A stretch of DNA of 64,000 bases, from the NCBI GenBank assembly GCA_024711295.1, contig JANJTB010000039.1, forward strand, positions 8,319-72,318, written 5' to 3'. The notes under the pieces were generated by a model. That model was given only the letters and a program-made list of their open reading frames with translations, ran no database searches and had not been told where the DNA came from. Below are positions 33,601 to 43,644 of this stretch, in pieces. Numbering within the stretch: position 1 is the stretch's first letter; every line of letters begins with the position of its first letter. The DNA comes from a bacterium (lineage in GTDB: Bacteria; Bacteroidota; Ignavibacteria; Kapaibacteriales; UBA2268). Position numbers and translations under genes: made by a program.

Positions 33601-34848
33601 GGGCTTCTTGGCGATAAGATTATCCTCAAGTCCAACAATAATTCTGATTTATTTAGGCTGCTACAAACTGAGGCTTCAATAGCACCTGATGAAGAAGTAA
33701 TATTTAAAGTTACATTTGACCCAATATTTGCAAATAACACAGGGAATTACAAGTGTGAAATTACTTTCATTACTGAAACATGCTTTCGGGAACTCAAGAT
33801 ATTTTTTGAAGCAGACATAATTAAGTCTAAGCTTTCGGTATTACCTGATAAAGTTGATTTTGGATCAAAATGGAGTGAAGAAACCATTACAAAAAATATC
33901 AAACTGATTCACAACGGTGGACGAGAAATTACCATAAATGATGTTCTATTAGATAATAGTACTGATTACAAAATTATTGACACACCTATAGATAAGAAGC
34001 TAAAAAATGGTGAATTTATTGATTTTTCTGTTTCTTATATTTCGACTGACACAAATAATCACCAAGGTGAAATTATTGTTCATTATAGTTCCGATTGCCC
34101 GGACTCTGCAAAAATAGAATTGAATGGTTCGGTGCGTTCTGAGAGATATGATATTATCTTAAGTATTGACAGATATGAAGCACTTGCAGGTGATTTGATT
34201 GATATTTATGTTAAATTATCTGGTGGAAGTGATAGGTTAATTCCTGATGAAATTAGGCTTGAAATCAGTTTCGATAAGCAACTTTTTTACCCCAATAAAG
34301 TGTCTATTCTCGACAATGGAGTATTCTCTGACTTTTCTTACTCTTACTCAAGTGGAGTTATTTATGGGTTGATAAGCAAAGCAGCAGCTTCAAAAATATT
34401 ACAAAAGTCAGCTGAAATCGTTAAAATTCAAGGTATAGTTTTAGCTTCAATACCTGATTCAACCTTATTGAAAATATCGAAATTTGATGTTCTAAGTGAT
34501 AAGATTATTGATATTCAGAAGAAAGATGGTTTACTTAAAATTATTGACTATTGTATCGGAACTACTCAACTAAATCAGTTCAGGTATATTCCAAAATTCA
34601 CTGTATCATCCGGCTCTATCGCAAATAATGGTAAATTGAGCTATAGTATTCTATCCAGTACTGACTTAGATATATTTATTAATATCAAAGACCTTAATGG
34701 TAATGTTTGTGTAAATAATATTATTAAATCTTATACTTCTAATAATAGTTATGAACTTGATTTTAGCCTATTACCTTCTGGATTGTATTTTGTTGAATTC
34801 GAGTCACAATATCAAAAAGAAACCCTAAAGATTATAAACATAAAGTGA
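30628..34848 (+). CDS. T9SS-secreted protein: YCF48/BNR propeller plus multiple ASH (choice-of-anchor D) Ig domains
   Basis: Signal peptide; TTDGGNSW/TTNGG..W repeats; repeated DFG...I.N.G Ig domains; C-terminal LPSGLYFV...KIINIK. Confidence 0.85.
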   Translation: MKRILTFLIIFFIQITVSNSQYWKEIKSIPPPFNTNYWLDVFFHPSNSSFGWVCGFNGMVIRTTDGGNSWLGSTVPNAYHLEHIHFPTLTVGYTSGPEGIFKTTNGGQNWFDITPDLTKNYWGCYFIDANIGLVLAEGCNGTQNFYKTTNGGTNWTNFPGSEANSGLTDLILYDANGLGYAVSSGKIWQTNNGGSSWAVIASSGTNVWNEEIAHSGSSFLVPYAGTTCSGQGGDGGMRFSNDMGANWRSFQTGFSMFGTYLIDGSKGWACGDNRGVYYTSDAGQSWVLRNCGIPDETNLDDVWFVNENLGYVVGHGVYRLSGAEQFVSKDTLKFDNLCKNENLTDSLLISNLSFSQANVELALVNNTGNHFRLISPNPNIVLNSCEEKVVTIMFAPTDENSHEAKLRITFNPGTGNEKIYFIELIGIVRKSTAFPQDTLIVVNNLNCSVTRVINLPWFSETLGEQIIGVDNLNKSSNILLTSPIPLKLIPPVTNTAFTITLIDTGWYEARYKFTLFPCNRDTFVTVRAYGASPIISHRAKQQLNSTCRSIIYDTIRVFNTGNDVLNISDVWLSPEINEFEIIGWVNVSLPMKIDRGGFEDLIISYRPVTSGTHITRLAIANNDSTRIFGFKNPYYIDLRGVSSITNLTDTIRIDFGNLCIGETKSDVKIIRNTGNLDAEVNIESTPEELKLTISDINSIIKKNDLTRLTAVFTASKVGKFNYEIQMSSKPCDEKTLILISANVIKNDLEVTPDKISGLVKVGESIEKVVRVQSLSSFDVNIKSVTITPGSSDWQYSVKPLLPMVLLSGQGTDFTMTFNPTNAGKFQGKVVIETEGLCNETYYVDIDLSSFSKFVDINPTSIDYGNFFCEYNYQDKEIKISNLGFSQDTISKIELIQDSDVFEIINLPEIPLLIDAKDEFTLQVRFKKQDLEGIFTGNIIIETIGDDGQNFIIPLKANYSKSIINPESHSINMGEFELCSEPRSVEFKFKNLGLLGDKIILKSNNNSDLFRLLQTEASIAPDEEVIFKVTFDPIFANNTGNYKCEITFITETCFRELKIFFEADIIKSKLSVLPDKVDFGSKWSEETITKNIKLIHNGGREITINDVLLDNSTDYKIIDTPIDKKLKNGEFIDFSVSYISTDTNNHQGEIIVHYSSDCPDSAKIELNGSVRSERYDIILSIDRYEALAGDLIDIYVKLSGGSDRLIPDEIRLEISFDKQLFYPNKVSILDNGVFSDFSYSYSSGVIYGLISKAAASKILQKSAEIVKIQGIVLASIPDSTLLKISKFDVLSDKIIDIQKKDGLLKIIDYCIGTTQLNQFRYIPKFTVSSGSIANNGKLSYSILSSTDLDIFINIKDLNGNVCVNNIIKSYTSNNSYELDFSLLPSGLYFVEFESQYQKETLKIINIK

Positions 34849-34855
34849 GATAAAA

Positions 34856-35455
34856 TTGTCCGTAGAATTTTGGGATGAAAGATTTGCTGCGAATGAATAT
34901 ATTTATGGAAAAAGCCCAAATAGTTACTTCAAATCAAAATTAGATAAGTTAAATTCAGGCAAGATTTTGCTGCCTGCCGAAGGAGAAGGTAGAAATGCTG
35001 TATATGCTGCTATTAATGGCTGGGATGTTTATTGTTTTGACCAAAGCATATCGGCAATGGAAAAAGCCGAAATTCTTGCCTCCGAAAACATGGTTAACAT
35101 TAACTACTTGATTGCAGATGCAGACGAAGTATATTACAAACATGATTTTGATGTCGTAGCATTCATTTTTTCTCATTTTCCAAATCACAATACATTACGT
35201 AAAATTTCAAATTTCACAAAAGAAAATGGTCATGTGATTTTTGAGTGTTTTTCCAAAAAACAAATTAAGTACCAGTTGGAGTTCAACTCCGGTGGTCCTA
35301 ACAATATTGATTTACTTTTCTCTTTAAACGATGTTGGTAAAATATTCAGAGATTTCGAAATTCTTGAGTTGTCAGAAGTGGAAGTCAATCTGAACGAAGG
35401 CAATTATCATAATGGTCCGGCATCGGTAATCAGATTTAATGGAGTTAAAAAATAA
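34856..35455 (+). CDS. Class I SAM-dependent methyltransferase (TehB-like)
   Basis: FWDERF...YIYG..PN, ILLPAEGEGRNAVY, SGGP, EG.YH.G. Confidence 0.88.
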   Translation: MSVEFWDERFAANEYIYGKSPNSYFKSKLDKLNSGKILLPAEGEGRNAVYAAINGWDVYCFDQSISAMEKAEILASENMVNINYLIADADEVYYKHDFDVVAFIFSHFPNHNTLRKISNFTKENGHVIFECFSKKQIKYQLEFNSGGPNNIDLLFSLNDVGKIFRDFEILELSEVEVNLNEGNYHNGPASVIRFNGVKK

Positions 35456-35570
35456 CACTTGAAAATATATTCATATTTTCATATATTTTGTTTTAATTCG
35501 TCTTATAATTGAATTACAAATAAATTCACAAGAATAATTGTTTATAGAAAAATTTAAAAAGGAGATTAAA

Positions 35571-36512
35571 ATGCCTATTCATCATCAAGTTCTAATCATT
35601 GGAACAGGTCCTGCAGGATTTACCGCTGCACTTTATGCCAGCCGTGCAAACCTTGATGTAGCTATTTTTGAAGGTCAGCAGCCAGGTGGACAATTGACAA
35701 TTACTACCGAAGTTGAAAATTATCCAGGGTTTGAGCATGGTATTCAAGGTCCGGAAATGATGGAAGTTTTTAGAAAACAAGCTCAAAGATTCGGAGCTAA
35801 GTCAATTTACGAAACTATAACAAAGGTTGATTTTTCTGAGAGACCTTTTAAACTTTGGAGTGATAACAATGAATATACTGCTGATTCAGTAATTATTGCT
35901 ACCGGTGCTACAGCAAAGCTTCTTGATGTACCAAGCATGAAAACTTACTGGGGTTCAGGAATCTCTGCTTGTGCTACTTGTGATGGCTTCTTTTTCAGAG
36001 GTGAAAAGATATTTGTTATAGGTGGGGGTGACACAGCCATGGAAGAAGCAAATTATCTGACACATTTTGGGGAAAGTGTTACATTGGTGCATCGAAGAGA
36101 TGAATTCCGTGCTTCTAGAATTATGGTTGAAAGAACGAAGAAGAATCCTAAAGTTAAAATTATTACAAACGCTGTTGTTGACGAATTTATTGGTGAAGAA
36201 AAAATGGGTATTAAAAAAATGACCCATATTAAATTGAAAGATACCGTAACAGGTGAAACGACAATTCATGAAGCAGGTGGGTGTTTTATTGCAATTGGCC
36301 ATACACCTTCTTCAAAACTTTTTGAAGGTATGCTTGACATGGATGAAAACGGCTACTTAATTACAAAAGGTAAATCAACATATACAAATATTCCCGGTGT
36401 TTTTGCTTGTGGTGATGTTCAGGATCATGTTTACAGACAAGCAGTAACAGCTGCTGGATCTGGTTGTGCTGCAGCTATAGACGCAGAAAGATGGCTTGCT
36501 GAGCAAGAATAA
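35571..36512 (+). CDS. trxB: Thioredoxin-disulfide reductase
   Basis: IIGTGPAG, GGQL, VENYPG, CATCDG active site, GGGDTAMEEA, HRRD, GDVQD..YRQAVTAAG; AAGGAG SD before ATG 35571. Confidence 0.98.
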   Translation: MPIHHQVLIIGTGPAGFTAALYASRANLDVAIFEGQQPGGQLTITTEVENYPGFEHGIQGPEMMEVFRKQAQRFGAKSIYETITKVDFSERPFKLWSDNNEYTADSVIIATGATAKLLDVPSMKTYWGSGISACATCDGFFFRGEKIFVIGGGDTAMEEANYLTHFGESVTLVHRRDEFRASRIMVERTKKNPKVKIITNAVVDEFIGEEKMGIKKMTHIKLKDTVTGETTIHEAGGCFIAIGHTPSSKLFEGMLDMDENGYLITKGKSTYTNIPGVFACGDVQDHVYRQAVTAAGSGCAAAIDAERWLAEQE

Positions 36513-36536
36513 TTATTAATAATGAACGAACTAAAT

Positions 36537-36571
36537 GAACTCCGGTATCTTTATAGTGTCGGAGTTTTTTT
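36537..36571 (+). terminator. Intrinsic terminator after trxB
   Basis: AACTCCG...CGGAGTT stem followed by a T-run. Confidence 0.75.
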
Positions 36572-36686
36572 ATTTGAGACTAATAAATTATGTATAAAAA
36601 CTAAACAATTTGTTGAACAAAAAATAATTTATTATATTGCATTGCTTAATTTTAACATGTTGTAATATTGTTTTTGAGGTAGTTAT

Positions 36687-37682
36687 ATGAACAAAGTTGG
36701 AAAGATCATTCTATTCATTTTTTTGGGTATAGTCGGATTATTGGCTATCGCCTTCACCTATTTCATGATTGAATTCCCTAAAGTTGGAGATGCCCCTGAG
36801 CTAAAGGTTGATATTACCGAAGCGAGATTAGAAAGGGGAAAATATTTATTCCATAACGTTTCATTATGTGTGGATTGTCATTCACCTCGCGACTGGTCAA
36901 AATTTTCAGCACCACCGGATGAGTCAAAAATTGGAATTGGAAATAATGAGGATTTTTTAGAATCTACTATTGGGCTACCAGGTGATTTTTATGCTGCTAA
37001 CCTTACTCCTCATCATTTAAAAGATTGGAGTGATGGTGAGCTTTTCAGGGCAATTACATCCGGTGTAAGTAAGGATGGAAGGCCACTTTTCCCAATTATG
37101 CCTTATATGAACTATGGACAAATGAGTAAAGAAGATATTTATTCTATTATTGCATACATCCGAACTTTACCGGAATTAAAATCTGAAACTCCAGAACCAA
37201 AACCAAAGTTTCCTATGCAGTTTATTATGAAACTCATGCCAAAGGAGGCAACTTTTTCAGATATTCCACCAAAAACAGATAATGTTGCCTACGGAAAATA
37301 TATGATTACAGCTGCTGCTTGTTCCGATTGTCATACTCCACTAACAAAAGGGCAGCCAGTCTTGGACTCAGCTTTTTCAGGTGGTAGAGAATTTCCAATT
37401 CCAACCGGTGGAACTGTAGCATCAGCAAACATTTCACCCGATAAAAATACCGGAATCGGAACCTGGACAAAAGAACAGTTCATCAGCAGGTTTAAATCTT
37501 ATGCCGACTCGGGATTTGTATTCAAAGATATTGATAAAAATGAGTTCAATACTATTATGCCCTGGAAAAAATACGCAGGTATGAATGATGAAGATTTGGG
37601 AGCAATTTATGATTATTTAATGAGCATAAAGCCCATTAATAAGCGTGTTACCAGATTTGTTCCTTCTGTAGCAACTAAATAA
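36687..37682 (+). CDS. Membrane-anchored diheme cytochrome c
   Basis: N-terminal TM; CVDCH and CSDCH, each followed by N(L/I)(T/S)P...W and MP(Y/W) distal-Met motifs. Confidence 0.9.
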   Translation: MNKVGKIILFIFLGIVGLLAIAFTYFMIEFPKVGDAPELKVDITEARLERGKYLFHNVSLCVDCHSPRDWSKFSAPPDESKIGIGNNEDFLESTIGLPGDFYAANLTPHHLKDWSDGELFRAITSGVSKDGRPLFPIMPYMNYGQMSKEDIYSIIAYIRTLPELKSETPEPKPKFPMQFIMKLMPKEATFSDIPPKTDNVAYGKYMITAAACSDCHTPLTKGQPVLDSAFSGGREFPIPTGGTVASANISPDKNTGIGTWTKEQFISRFKSYADSGFVFKDIDKNEFNTIMPWKKYAGMNDEDLGAIYDYLMSIKPINKRVTRFVPSVATK

Positions 37683-37694
37683 TTTTTTATAAGT

Positions 37695-37756
37695 TGTGGG
37701 GTAACTAATTTCAATGTGATATTAAGATATTGTTAATTGAATTTAGTTACCCCACA
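37695..37756. terminator. Long inverted repeat between convergent genes, probable bidirectional terminator
   Basis: 21-bp arms TGTGGGGTAACTAATTTCAAT / ATTGAATTTAGTTACCCCACA with one mismatch and a 20-nt loop. Confidence 0.65.
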
Positions 37757-37769
37757 TTATTAATGAAAA

Positions 37770-38939
37770 TTATAGATTTCCTCTTCTTTCTTGGTCTCTT
37801 TCGATAGCTTCGAAAAGTGCAAGAAAATTACCTTGTCCAAATCCACTTGCACCCTTTCTGCGCTGGATTATCTCATAAAAGAAAGTTGGTCTGTCGAAAA
37901 GTGGTTTAGTAAATAACTGAAGTAAATAACCGCCGCTGTCTAATTCAACATCACATAAAATTCCCAGTCTTTCCAATTCTGAAATATCTTCTGTAACCAA
38001 ACCACCTCTTTCCTCACTTCTTTTGCGAATATCATCGTAATAAGTAGATGGAGGTGCATCCAAAAACTCAACTCCATTTTCCTTCATATTTGCTACAGTT
38101 TCGATAATGTTATTGGTTACAAGTGCCACATGTTGAATTCCGGATCCGTTATACTGCTCTGTAAATTCATCGATCTGCGATTTACGAGCTGCTTCAAGCG
38201 GCTCATTAATTGGATTTTTTATTACACTATCTTTAGAGCGAACTACTTTTGAAAGAAGTGCTGAGTATTTTGTTGAAATGTCTCCGGGACCAAAATATAT
38301 AAATGTTTCGAAATCAAGAGCTGAGTTTATATAACTTGCCCAATAATCCATTTCATTTACATATACATTACCAACAATGTGGTCAACAATCTTTAGGTTG
38401 GTTTCTTTTCTGCTTACCTGAATGTTCATTACAGGTTTTTCATATCCTGGTTTGAACAAGCCTTTATAATTATCATAATTGATGAAATTAATTTCTGTGT
38501 CATCATACAACCTGATTGCTGCCTGCTCAACAAAACCATCCTTATCCTCAAGTCTGTAAGGTTTTTTGATTGGAACCGCACCATTTTTAACTGCTTTTGA
38601 AAATGTTTCATTAACATTGACAACTTCAACACACCAACGTTTTACACCATCACCGTGCTTCTGAACAAATGAACTTATTTCGTACGTTCCGGGTTGTAAA
38701 GCTGATGTAATAACAATCTTCAAATTTGTTTTGGTAGCCAAAAGATAAGATACTCTGTCGCGGTGACCAGTTTCAGGTCCCAAATATCCAACCAAATCGA
38801 GACCTAATGCTTTCATGTGCCAAAAAGCAACTTGCTTGGCTGACCCAACATAAAATTCTACATAATCATAACCTCTAATTCCCATTGAATTTTGGGGAAT
38901 TTTTGATGGTACCCCACCATAACAAATATCCATATACAT
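37770..38939 (-). CDS. hppD: 4-hydroxyphenylpyruvate dioxygenase
   Basis: DYVEFYVG, HGDGVK, DHIVGNV, PINEP, SQIDEF...GSGIQHVAL, LLQLFTKP..DRPTFFYEIIQR, GFGQGNF.ALFEAIERDQ. Confidence 0.97.
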   Translation of the reverse strand: MYMDICYGGVPSKIPQNSMGIRGYDYVEFYVGSAKQVAFWHMKALGLDLVGYLGPETGHRDRVSYLLATKTNLKIVITSALQPGTYEISSFVQKHGDGVKRWCVEVVNVNETFSKAVKNGAVPIKKPYRLEDKDGFVEQAAIRLYDDTEINFINYDNYKGLFKPGYEKPVMNIQVSRKETNLKIVDHIVGNVYVNEMDYWASYINSALDFETFIYFGPGDISTKYSALLSKVVRSKDSVIKNPINEPLEAARKSQIDEFTEQYNGSGIQHVALVTNNIIETVANMKENGVEFLDAPPSTYYDDIRKRSEERGGLVTEDISELERLGILCDVELDSGGYLLQLFTKPLFDRPTFFYEIIQRRKGASGFGQGNFLALFEAIERDQERRGNL

Positions 38940-39199
38940 AATGAAAAGCTCCGGAAAATCTGAAAAATGTTACTTGATACTAAATAATATTATAACTTAG
39001 ACAAATAAATTTACTTTTAATTGCATTTAAATTTATTTTATTTACATAGGAAATTGAATAATTGTAAAAAGCAGATGTAATAAAGCACAAAAGAAATATA
39101 ATCTTTATAAAAAAGTTAATTATTTCGTAATTTTGTAATTCAGATTGAATTAAAAAAAAGAAAATAATTAATTGATATATTTAGAATTGGAGTTTGTTT

Positions 39200-42100
39200 A
39201 TGAAGTATTTGCTTACAATACTGTTATTAGGTGTTATTACATTAAGCTCATTATTATCTGCACCCAGATATTCAGAAAATAATAAAAATACAATTGGAAA
39301 GGACTATCTATACGAAATCAACATTCCCTCAAAGACAGTAAATGGTAGATATATTCCTGCCAAGAAAGTTCAAATCGAAAGGGTTGATGCTAATTTCGTT
39401 GAAAAAAATATTATTGAGGTAAAATTTAAACAGCATGTCCAGCACAAGAATAACAAGTTTGATGAACCTACTTTGCAAAGTGCATTCAACTCATTAAGTA
39501 TTTCAAGCATTACAACTCCATACTCAAACTATATCAACGATGAGAATCTTTTATCTAATAATAAAATTGGTATCGACAGAATATACCAAATTCGTTATTC
39601 AGATAATATTGACCCTTATGATGCTTGTGCCAATTTAATGAAAAATTCAGATGTAGAATACGCAACGCCTGTTTTTAAAAGACAAACGTATTTTACACCG
39701 AATGACGCTTGGTATTCACTCCAATATCATTTACCAAAGATTAGTATGCCCGAAGCATGGGATATTACCCAAGGTGATGGTAGTGTAGTAATCGCAATTG
39801 TTGATAGCGGAACTGATATTGAGCACGAAGATTTGAAAGAAAATATATGGACTAATCCGGGAGAAATACCAAATAATGGTATTGATGATGATAAGAATGG
39901 CAAAATTGATGATGTTAACGGTTGGGATTTAATTGGCTCAATTACAGCACAACAACTTGCAAGTGGAGCATATAAGGAAGATAATAATCCTATTAATATG
40001 ATTGGTACTCACGGCACGCATACTGCGGGCTGTGCTTCAGCATCAACAAACAATTCTAAAGGTGTTGCTGCTCCTGGTTTTAAAATAAAATTATTACCGG
40101 TTAAATGCGCATCCGATGCATATAATTCTCCAGGTATATCAAGAGGTTACGAAGGTATATTGTATGCTGCCAGAACTGGTGCTAAAGTAATAAACTGCAG
40201 TTGGGGGGGACCCGGTTGGAGTCCTGTTGAAGAAGATATCGTAAATCAAGCCATTGCAATGGGCAGTCTGATTGTTACAGCTTCCGGCAACTCTGCAAAA
40301 AATATTGATGTTGATCCTGATTATCCCGCTGCTTTCAAAGGTGTACTAAGTGTGGGTTCTTCCGGTAATACAGATAGATATTCAAATTTTTCCAGTTATG
40401 GAAATTTGGTGAGAGTTTATGCGCCAGGTGAAGGTATTTGGTCAACACTTCCTGGTAATAAATACGAAGCTCAATCAGGTACTTCTATGGCATCTCCTGT
40501 TGCTGCCGGTGTTGCAGCATTATTGATGACTTTGCACAAAGACTGGACTACCGAGCAGATTATTCATCAGCTTAGAGGAACTTCTGATAATGTATTGGTT
40601 GCTGCCAATCCAAATCTTCGACCACTTTATTTTGGAAGATTAAATGCTTTTAAAGCATTACAATATAATTATGTACAGGGTAAGACAATTGCCGGCATAG
40701 GACTTGAGAATATTGAAGTTAAGGGTAATGCTAATGCTTTGACAAATTACGAATTGAATGATGTCACAATAAGCCTTAAGAATTATCTTGCCCGTGACAA
40801 CAGTATCAAAGTCCGTTTAATTCCTATGGATAATTTTATTGAATTCGATAAGAGTATTTATGATGTTGGTATGATGGATACTTTTGATGAAAAGGAACTA
40901 TCTGTAAAAGCCAGATTGTTAGAAAATAATCCATGGTACAAAGGCACAGCAGATGTATTGCTCGAAATTACAGGTACAGACTACATAAATTATGAAATTG
41001 CAAAAATTAATGTACAGGTTCCATCTAATAACAAGCTGACTCTTCTAACAAGTATACCTTCAGCTTATGGTATTCAATGGCACAGCAATGCTTTTTTAGG
41101 TAACGATATTGCCTATATTGTTGGTGCAGGCCAATTTGTAGGTGGGGTTGCTGTTAAAATGGGTAAAGCAAGTGCTAACGTAATTCAGATTAATCAACAA
41201 CCTGTGTATTGCATGTATGCTTTTAACGAGAGCAACTTAATAGCAGGCGATGGACCAACAAATGGTATGGCAAGAGTACACTATTCCAATAATGGTGGAC
41301 AAACCTGGTCAACCAAACCTGTGAACAATATTACAGGATTTGTAAACTCCTTCAATTTTTTCAACAATTTCGAAGGGATTTTATTAGGTGATCCTTTAGG
41401 TACTTCATGGGGTGTCGGAAAAACAAATGATGGCGGCAATACCTGGACTTTGGCATCTGGTTTGCCTGCTCCAATTGGTACTGAGACTGGATTGGTCGGT
41501 TCAGTCACCCAAAGGGGCAATACGGTTTGGTTTGGTACTACTGCCGGAAGAATATTCAAAACCAACGATAAAGGAGAAACCTGGGACCAGGTAACTGTTG
41601 CAAGCGGTGGGGTTGTTTCAAGTCTGTCGTTTAATGAGTCCTTAGCTGCATGCCTTTATTCACCAACTAATACTCAGGGTGCAAACAGGTTATTAGCTGT
41701 TTCGACTGATGGTGGTAAAACTTGGAAAACTTCAGTATATAATTTTACTGCAAACTCACAGATTCCACTAAATGTTTATGTTATTGAAGATTCTAAATCT
41801 ATAGTTGTTCAGCTATATAGCGGATATGTAATAGCTTCGGATAATGAAGGTGTTAGTTGGTATCCTGTGTTGAGCGAAAAGAGAAATTACTATACTTTTG
41901 CTGCAACAAATCAAATTGGCAACAAAGTCAGTATTTATTCCGGTGGTACTGATATGACAAGATTAGATTATACATTTACTCCATCAGTTATAAAAAAAGC
42001 AATAAGTTTTGTTGGTGGAAGTCTTGCTATATTTGACTCTGTAGCTGTAAATTCTACTAAAGATATGACAGTAGAAATCAGGAATGTCGGAAATATGGAT

Positions 42101-42589
42101 GTAGCTATATCCAATATCAACATAATACCTGACGAAGGCACTGATGTAAATGAATTCAGAGTTTTATTACCATCACCTACTTCGGTAATTCCAGGGCAAA
42201 ACACAAATTTAAGACTTAGATTTACTCCAAAATCATCAGGTTTGAAAACAGCCAGACTTACAATAACCTCGGATGCAGAAATAAATCAAATGCATTTAGA
42301 TTTAATCGGTTATGGTGCAACAGGTACATCTATTGATGATTTAAATGCTATGGACAAAATCATTTTAGCTCCAAATCCTGCAGACAAGTTTATTACTGTA
42401 TTTTCAGACCAGGAATTAAATAATTCTGTGATAAAAATTTATGATATACTTGGAAATGAAATACTAAAATTAGAAAATGTAGGACAAAATTCTTTGATTA
42501 ACTTACAGAATTTTGCTCCGGGTGTTTATAATTTAATTTTAAATGATGGCAAGAATATTTATCAAAAACAGTTTATTATAAACAGATAA
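39200..42589 (+). CDS. T9SS-secreted S8 subtilisin-like serine protease with BNR propeller and ASH domain
   Basis: Catalytic triad AIVDSG / HGTHTAG / SGTSMASP; Asp-box repeats; CTD LAPNPADK...APGVYNL. Confidence 0.93.
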   Translation: MKYLLTILLLGVITLSSLLSAPRYSENNKNTIGKDYLYEINIPSKTVNGRYIPAKKVQIERVDANFVEKNIIEVKFKQHVQHKNNKFDEPTLQSAFNSLSISSITTPYSNYINDENLLSNNKIGIDRIYQIRYSDNIDPYDACANLMKNSDVEYATPVFKRQTYFTPNDAWYSLQYHLPKISMPEAWDITQGDGSVVIAIVDSGTDIEHEDLKENIWTNPGEIPNNGIDDDKNGKIDDVNGWDLIGSITAQQLASGAYKEDNNPINMIGTHGTHTAGCASASTNNSKGVAAPGFKIKLLPVKCASDAYNSPGISRGYEGILYAARTGAKVINCSWGGPGWSPVEEDIVNQAIAMGSLIVTASGNSAKNIDVDPDYPAAFKGVLSVGSSGNTDRYSNFSSYGNLVRVYAPGEGIWSTLPGNKYEAQSGTSMASPVAAGVAALLMTLHKDWTTEQIIHQLRGTSDNVLVAANPNLRPLYFGRLNAFKALQYNYVQGKTIAGIGLENIEVKGNANALTNYELNDVTISLKNYLARDNSIKVRLIPMDNFIEFDKSIYDVGMMDTFDEKELSVKARLLENNPWYKGTADVLLEITGTDYINYEIAKINVQVPSNNKLTLLTSIPSAYGIQWHSNAFLGNDIAYIVGAGQFVGGVAVKMGKASANVIQINQQPVYCMYAFNESNLIAGDGPTNGMARVHYSNNGGQTWSTKPVNNITGFVNSFNFFNNFEGILLGDPLGTSWGVGKTNDGGNTWTLASGLPAPIGTETGLVGSVTQRGNTVWFGTTAGRIFKTNDKGETWDQVTVASGGVVSSLSFNESLAACLYSPTNTQGANRLLAVSTDGGKTWKTSVYNFTANSQIPLNVYVIEDSKSIVVQLYSGYVIASDNEGVSWYPVLSEKRNYYTFAATNQIGNKVSIYSGGTDMTRLDYTFTPSVIKKAISFVGGSLAIFDSVAVNSTKDMTVEIRNVGNMDVAISNINIIPDEGTDVNEFRVLLPSPTSVIPGQNTNLRLRFTPKSSGLKTARLTITSDAEINQMHLDLIGYGATGTSIDDLNAMDKIILAPNPADKFITVFSDQELNNSVIKIYDILGNEILKLENVGQNSLINLQNFAPGVYNLILNDGKNIYQKQFIINR

Positions 42590-42610
42590 AATAAATCACT
42601 TAGTTAACAC

Positions 42611-42644
42611 AATAGTGACAAAATCGTTGGGTTTTGTCACTATT
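42611..42644. terminator. Hairpin after the S8 protease gene (terminator or operator)
   Basis: AATAGTGACAAAA-N8-TTTTGTCACTATT perfect 13-bp stem with a weak T-tail. Confidence 0.55.
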
Positions 42645-42693
42645 AAGTGTTTAATGACAATATGACAATTGTCCAACTAATAGGTATAGATAT

Positions 42694-43206
42694 ATGGGAG
42701 TTGCTGTTTTTTTCGGAAGCGGTAAACTGTCCGATTCGGATAATATTTATCAGGCTACTTGCTTAGCTGCAAAGCAAATTGCAGCTAAAGGGTATGACAT
42801 TGCTTCCGGTGGCTATGGAGGGGTAATGGAAGCTTCATTACGTGGCGCATTGGATTTTCCGGTTAAGCGAATTGGAGTTACATGTGACTTATTTTCAAGT
42901 CGAGTTCCTAATGACTTTTTGTCAGATGAAATTAAAACAAAAAACTATTTTGAACGTTTGGAGATATTAATTGATTTAGGAGATATTTTTATTGCAATGG
43001 AGGGCGAAAGTGGTACACTACTCGAAGTTGCAGCAATAATGGCTTTTTCAGAAAGAGAGTTTATCGAAGATCGGAAGTTGATTCTTTTTGGAAATAGGTG
43101 GCAAAGTATTTTTAATGACTTTGCTATGTACTCAAATATGCAGGGAGTATATTATTGTGAGAATATTCTAGGTTTTAACGAAATTTTAAGTGATATTATC
43201 AATTAA
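42694..43206 (+). CDS. LOG / lysine-decarboxylase-like family protein
   Basis: SGGYGGVMEA..RGA, ER...L...D.FI, xGxxGTLLE. Confidence 0.8.
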   Translation: MGVAVFFGSGKLSDSDNIYQATCLAAKQIAAKGYDIASGGYGGVMEASLRGALDFPVKRIGVTCDLFSSRVPNDFLSDEIKTKNYFERLEILIDLGDIFIAMEGESGTLLEVAAIMAFSEREFIEDRKLILFGNRWQSIFNDFAMYSNMQGVYYCENILGFNEILSDIIN

Positions 43207-43214
43207 ATAATAAT

Positions 43215-43625
43215 ATGCAGATTTTTGACAGAATTTCTCGGATTATCAAATCGAATTTCGACAGTAACAGATTCGATGCTCAGAGTTATTTAGATGAAGA
43301 AGAAGATGAGCTGAAAAGAATTATTGACGAACTGAATAATCCCAAAAAGTCAAGTAGTGATAACAAAGCTAGAAGTAACAACAGCGGTAGTAACAACAAA
43401 GAATATTCTAATGTTAGCTCTGATATAGCTGATGCTTTTTATACTCTAGGACTGAAACCGGATGCTGATATCGAAACTATTAAGGCAGTTTACAAAAAGA
43501 AAATGAAGGAGTTTCATCCGGATAAAGTTGCACATTTGAGTGAAGAGATAAAACTTAGAGCAGAATCCAGAGCGAAAGATATTAATCAAGCTTACAACAA
43601 AATTAAAAAGTTCAAAGGTTTTTAG
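43215..43625 (+). CDS. Small J-domain protein (C-terminal DnaJ domain)
   Basis: AFYTLGL...IKAVYKKKMKEFHPDKV...INQAYNKIK with intact HPD. Confidence 0.88.
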   Translation: MQIFDRISRIIKSNFDSNRFDAQSYLDEEEDELKRIIDELNNPKKSSSDNKARSNNSGSNNKEYSNVSSDIADAFYTLGLKPDADIETIKAVYKKKMKEFHPDKVAHLSEEIKLRAESRAKDINQAYNKIKKFKGF

Positions 43626-43644
43626 TAATTAAGGGTATAAGAAT

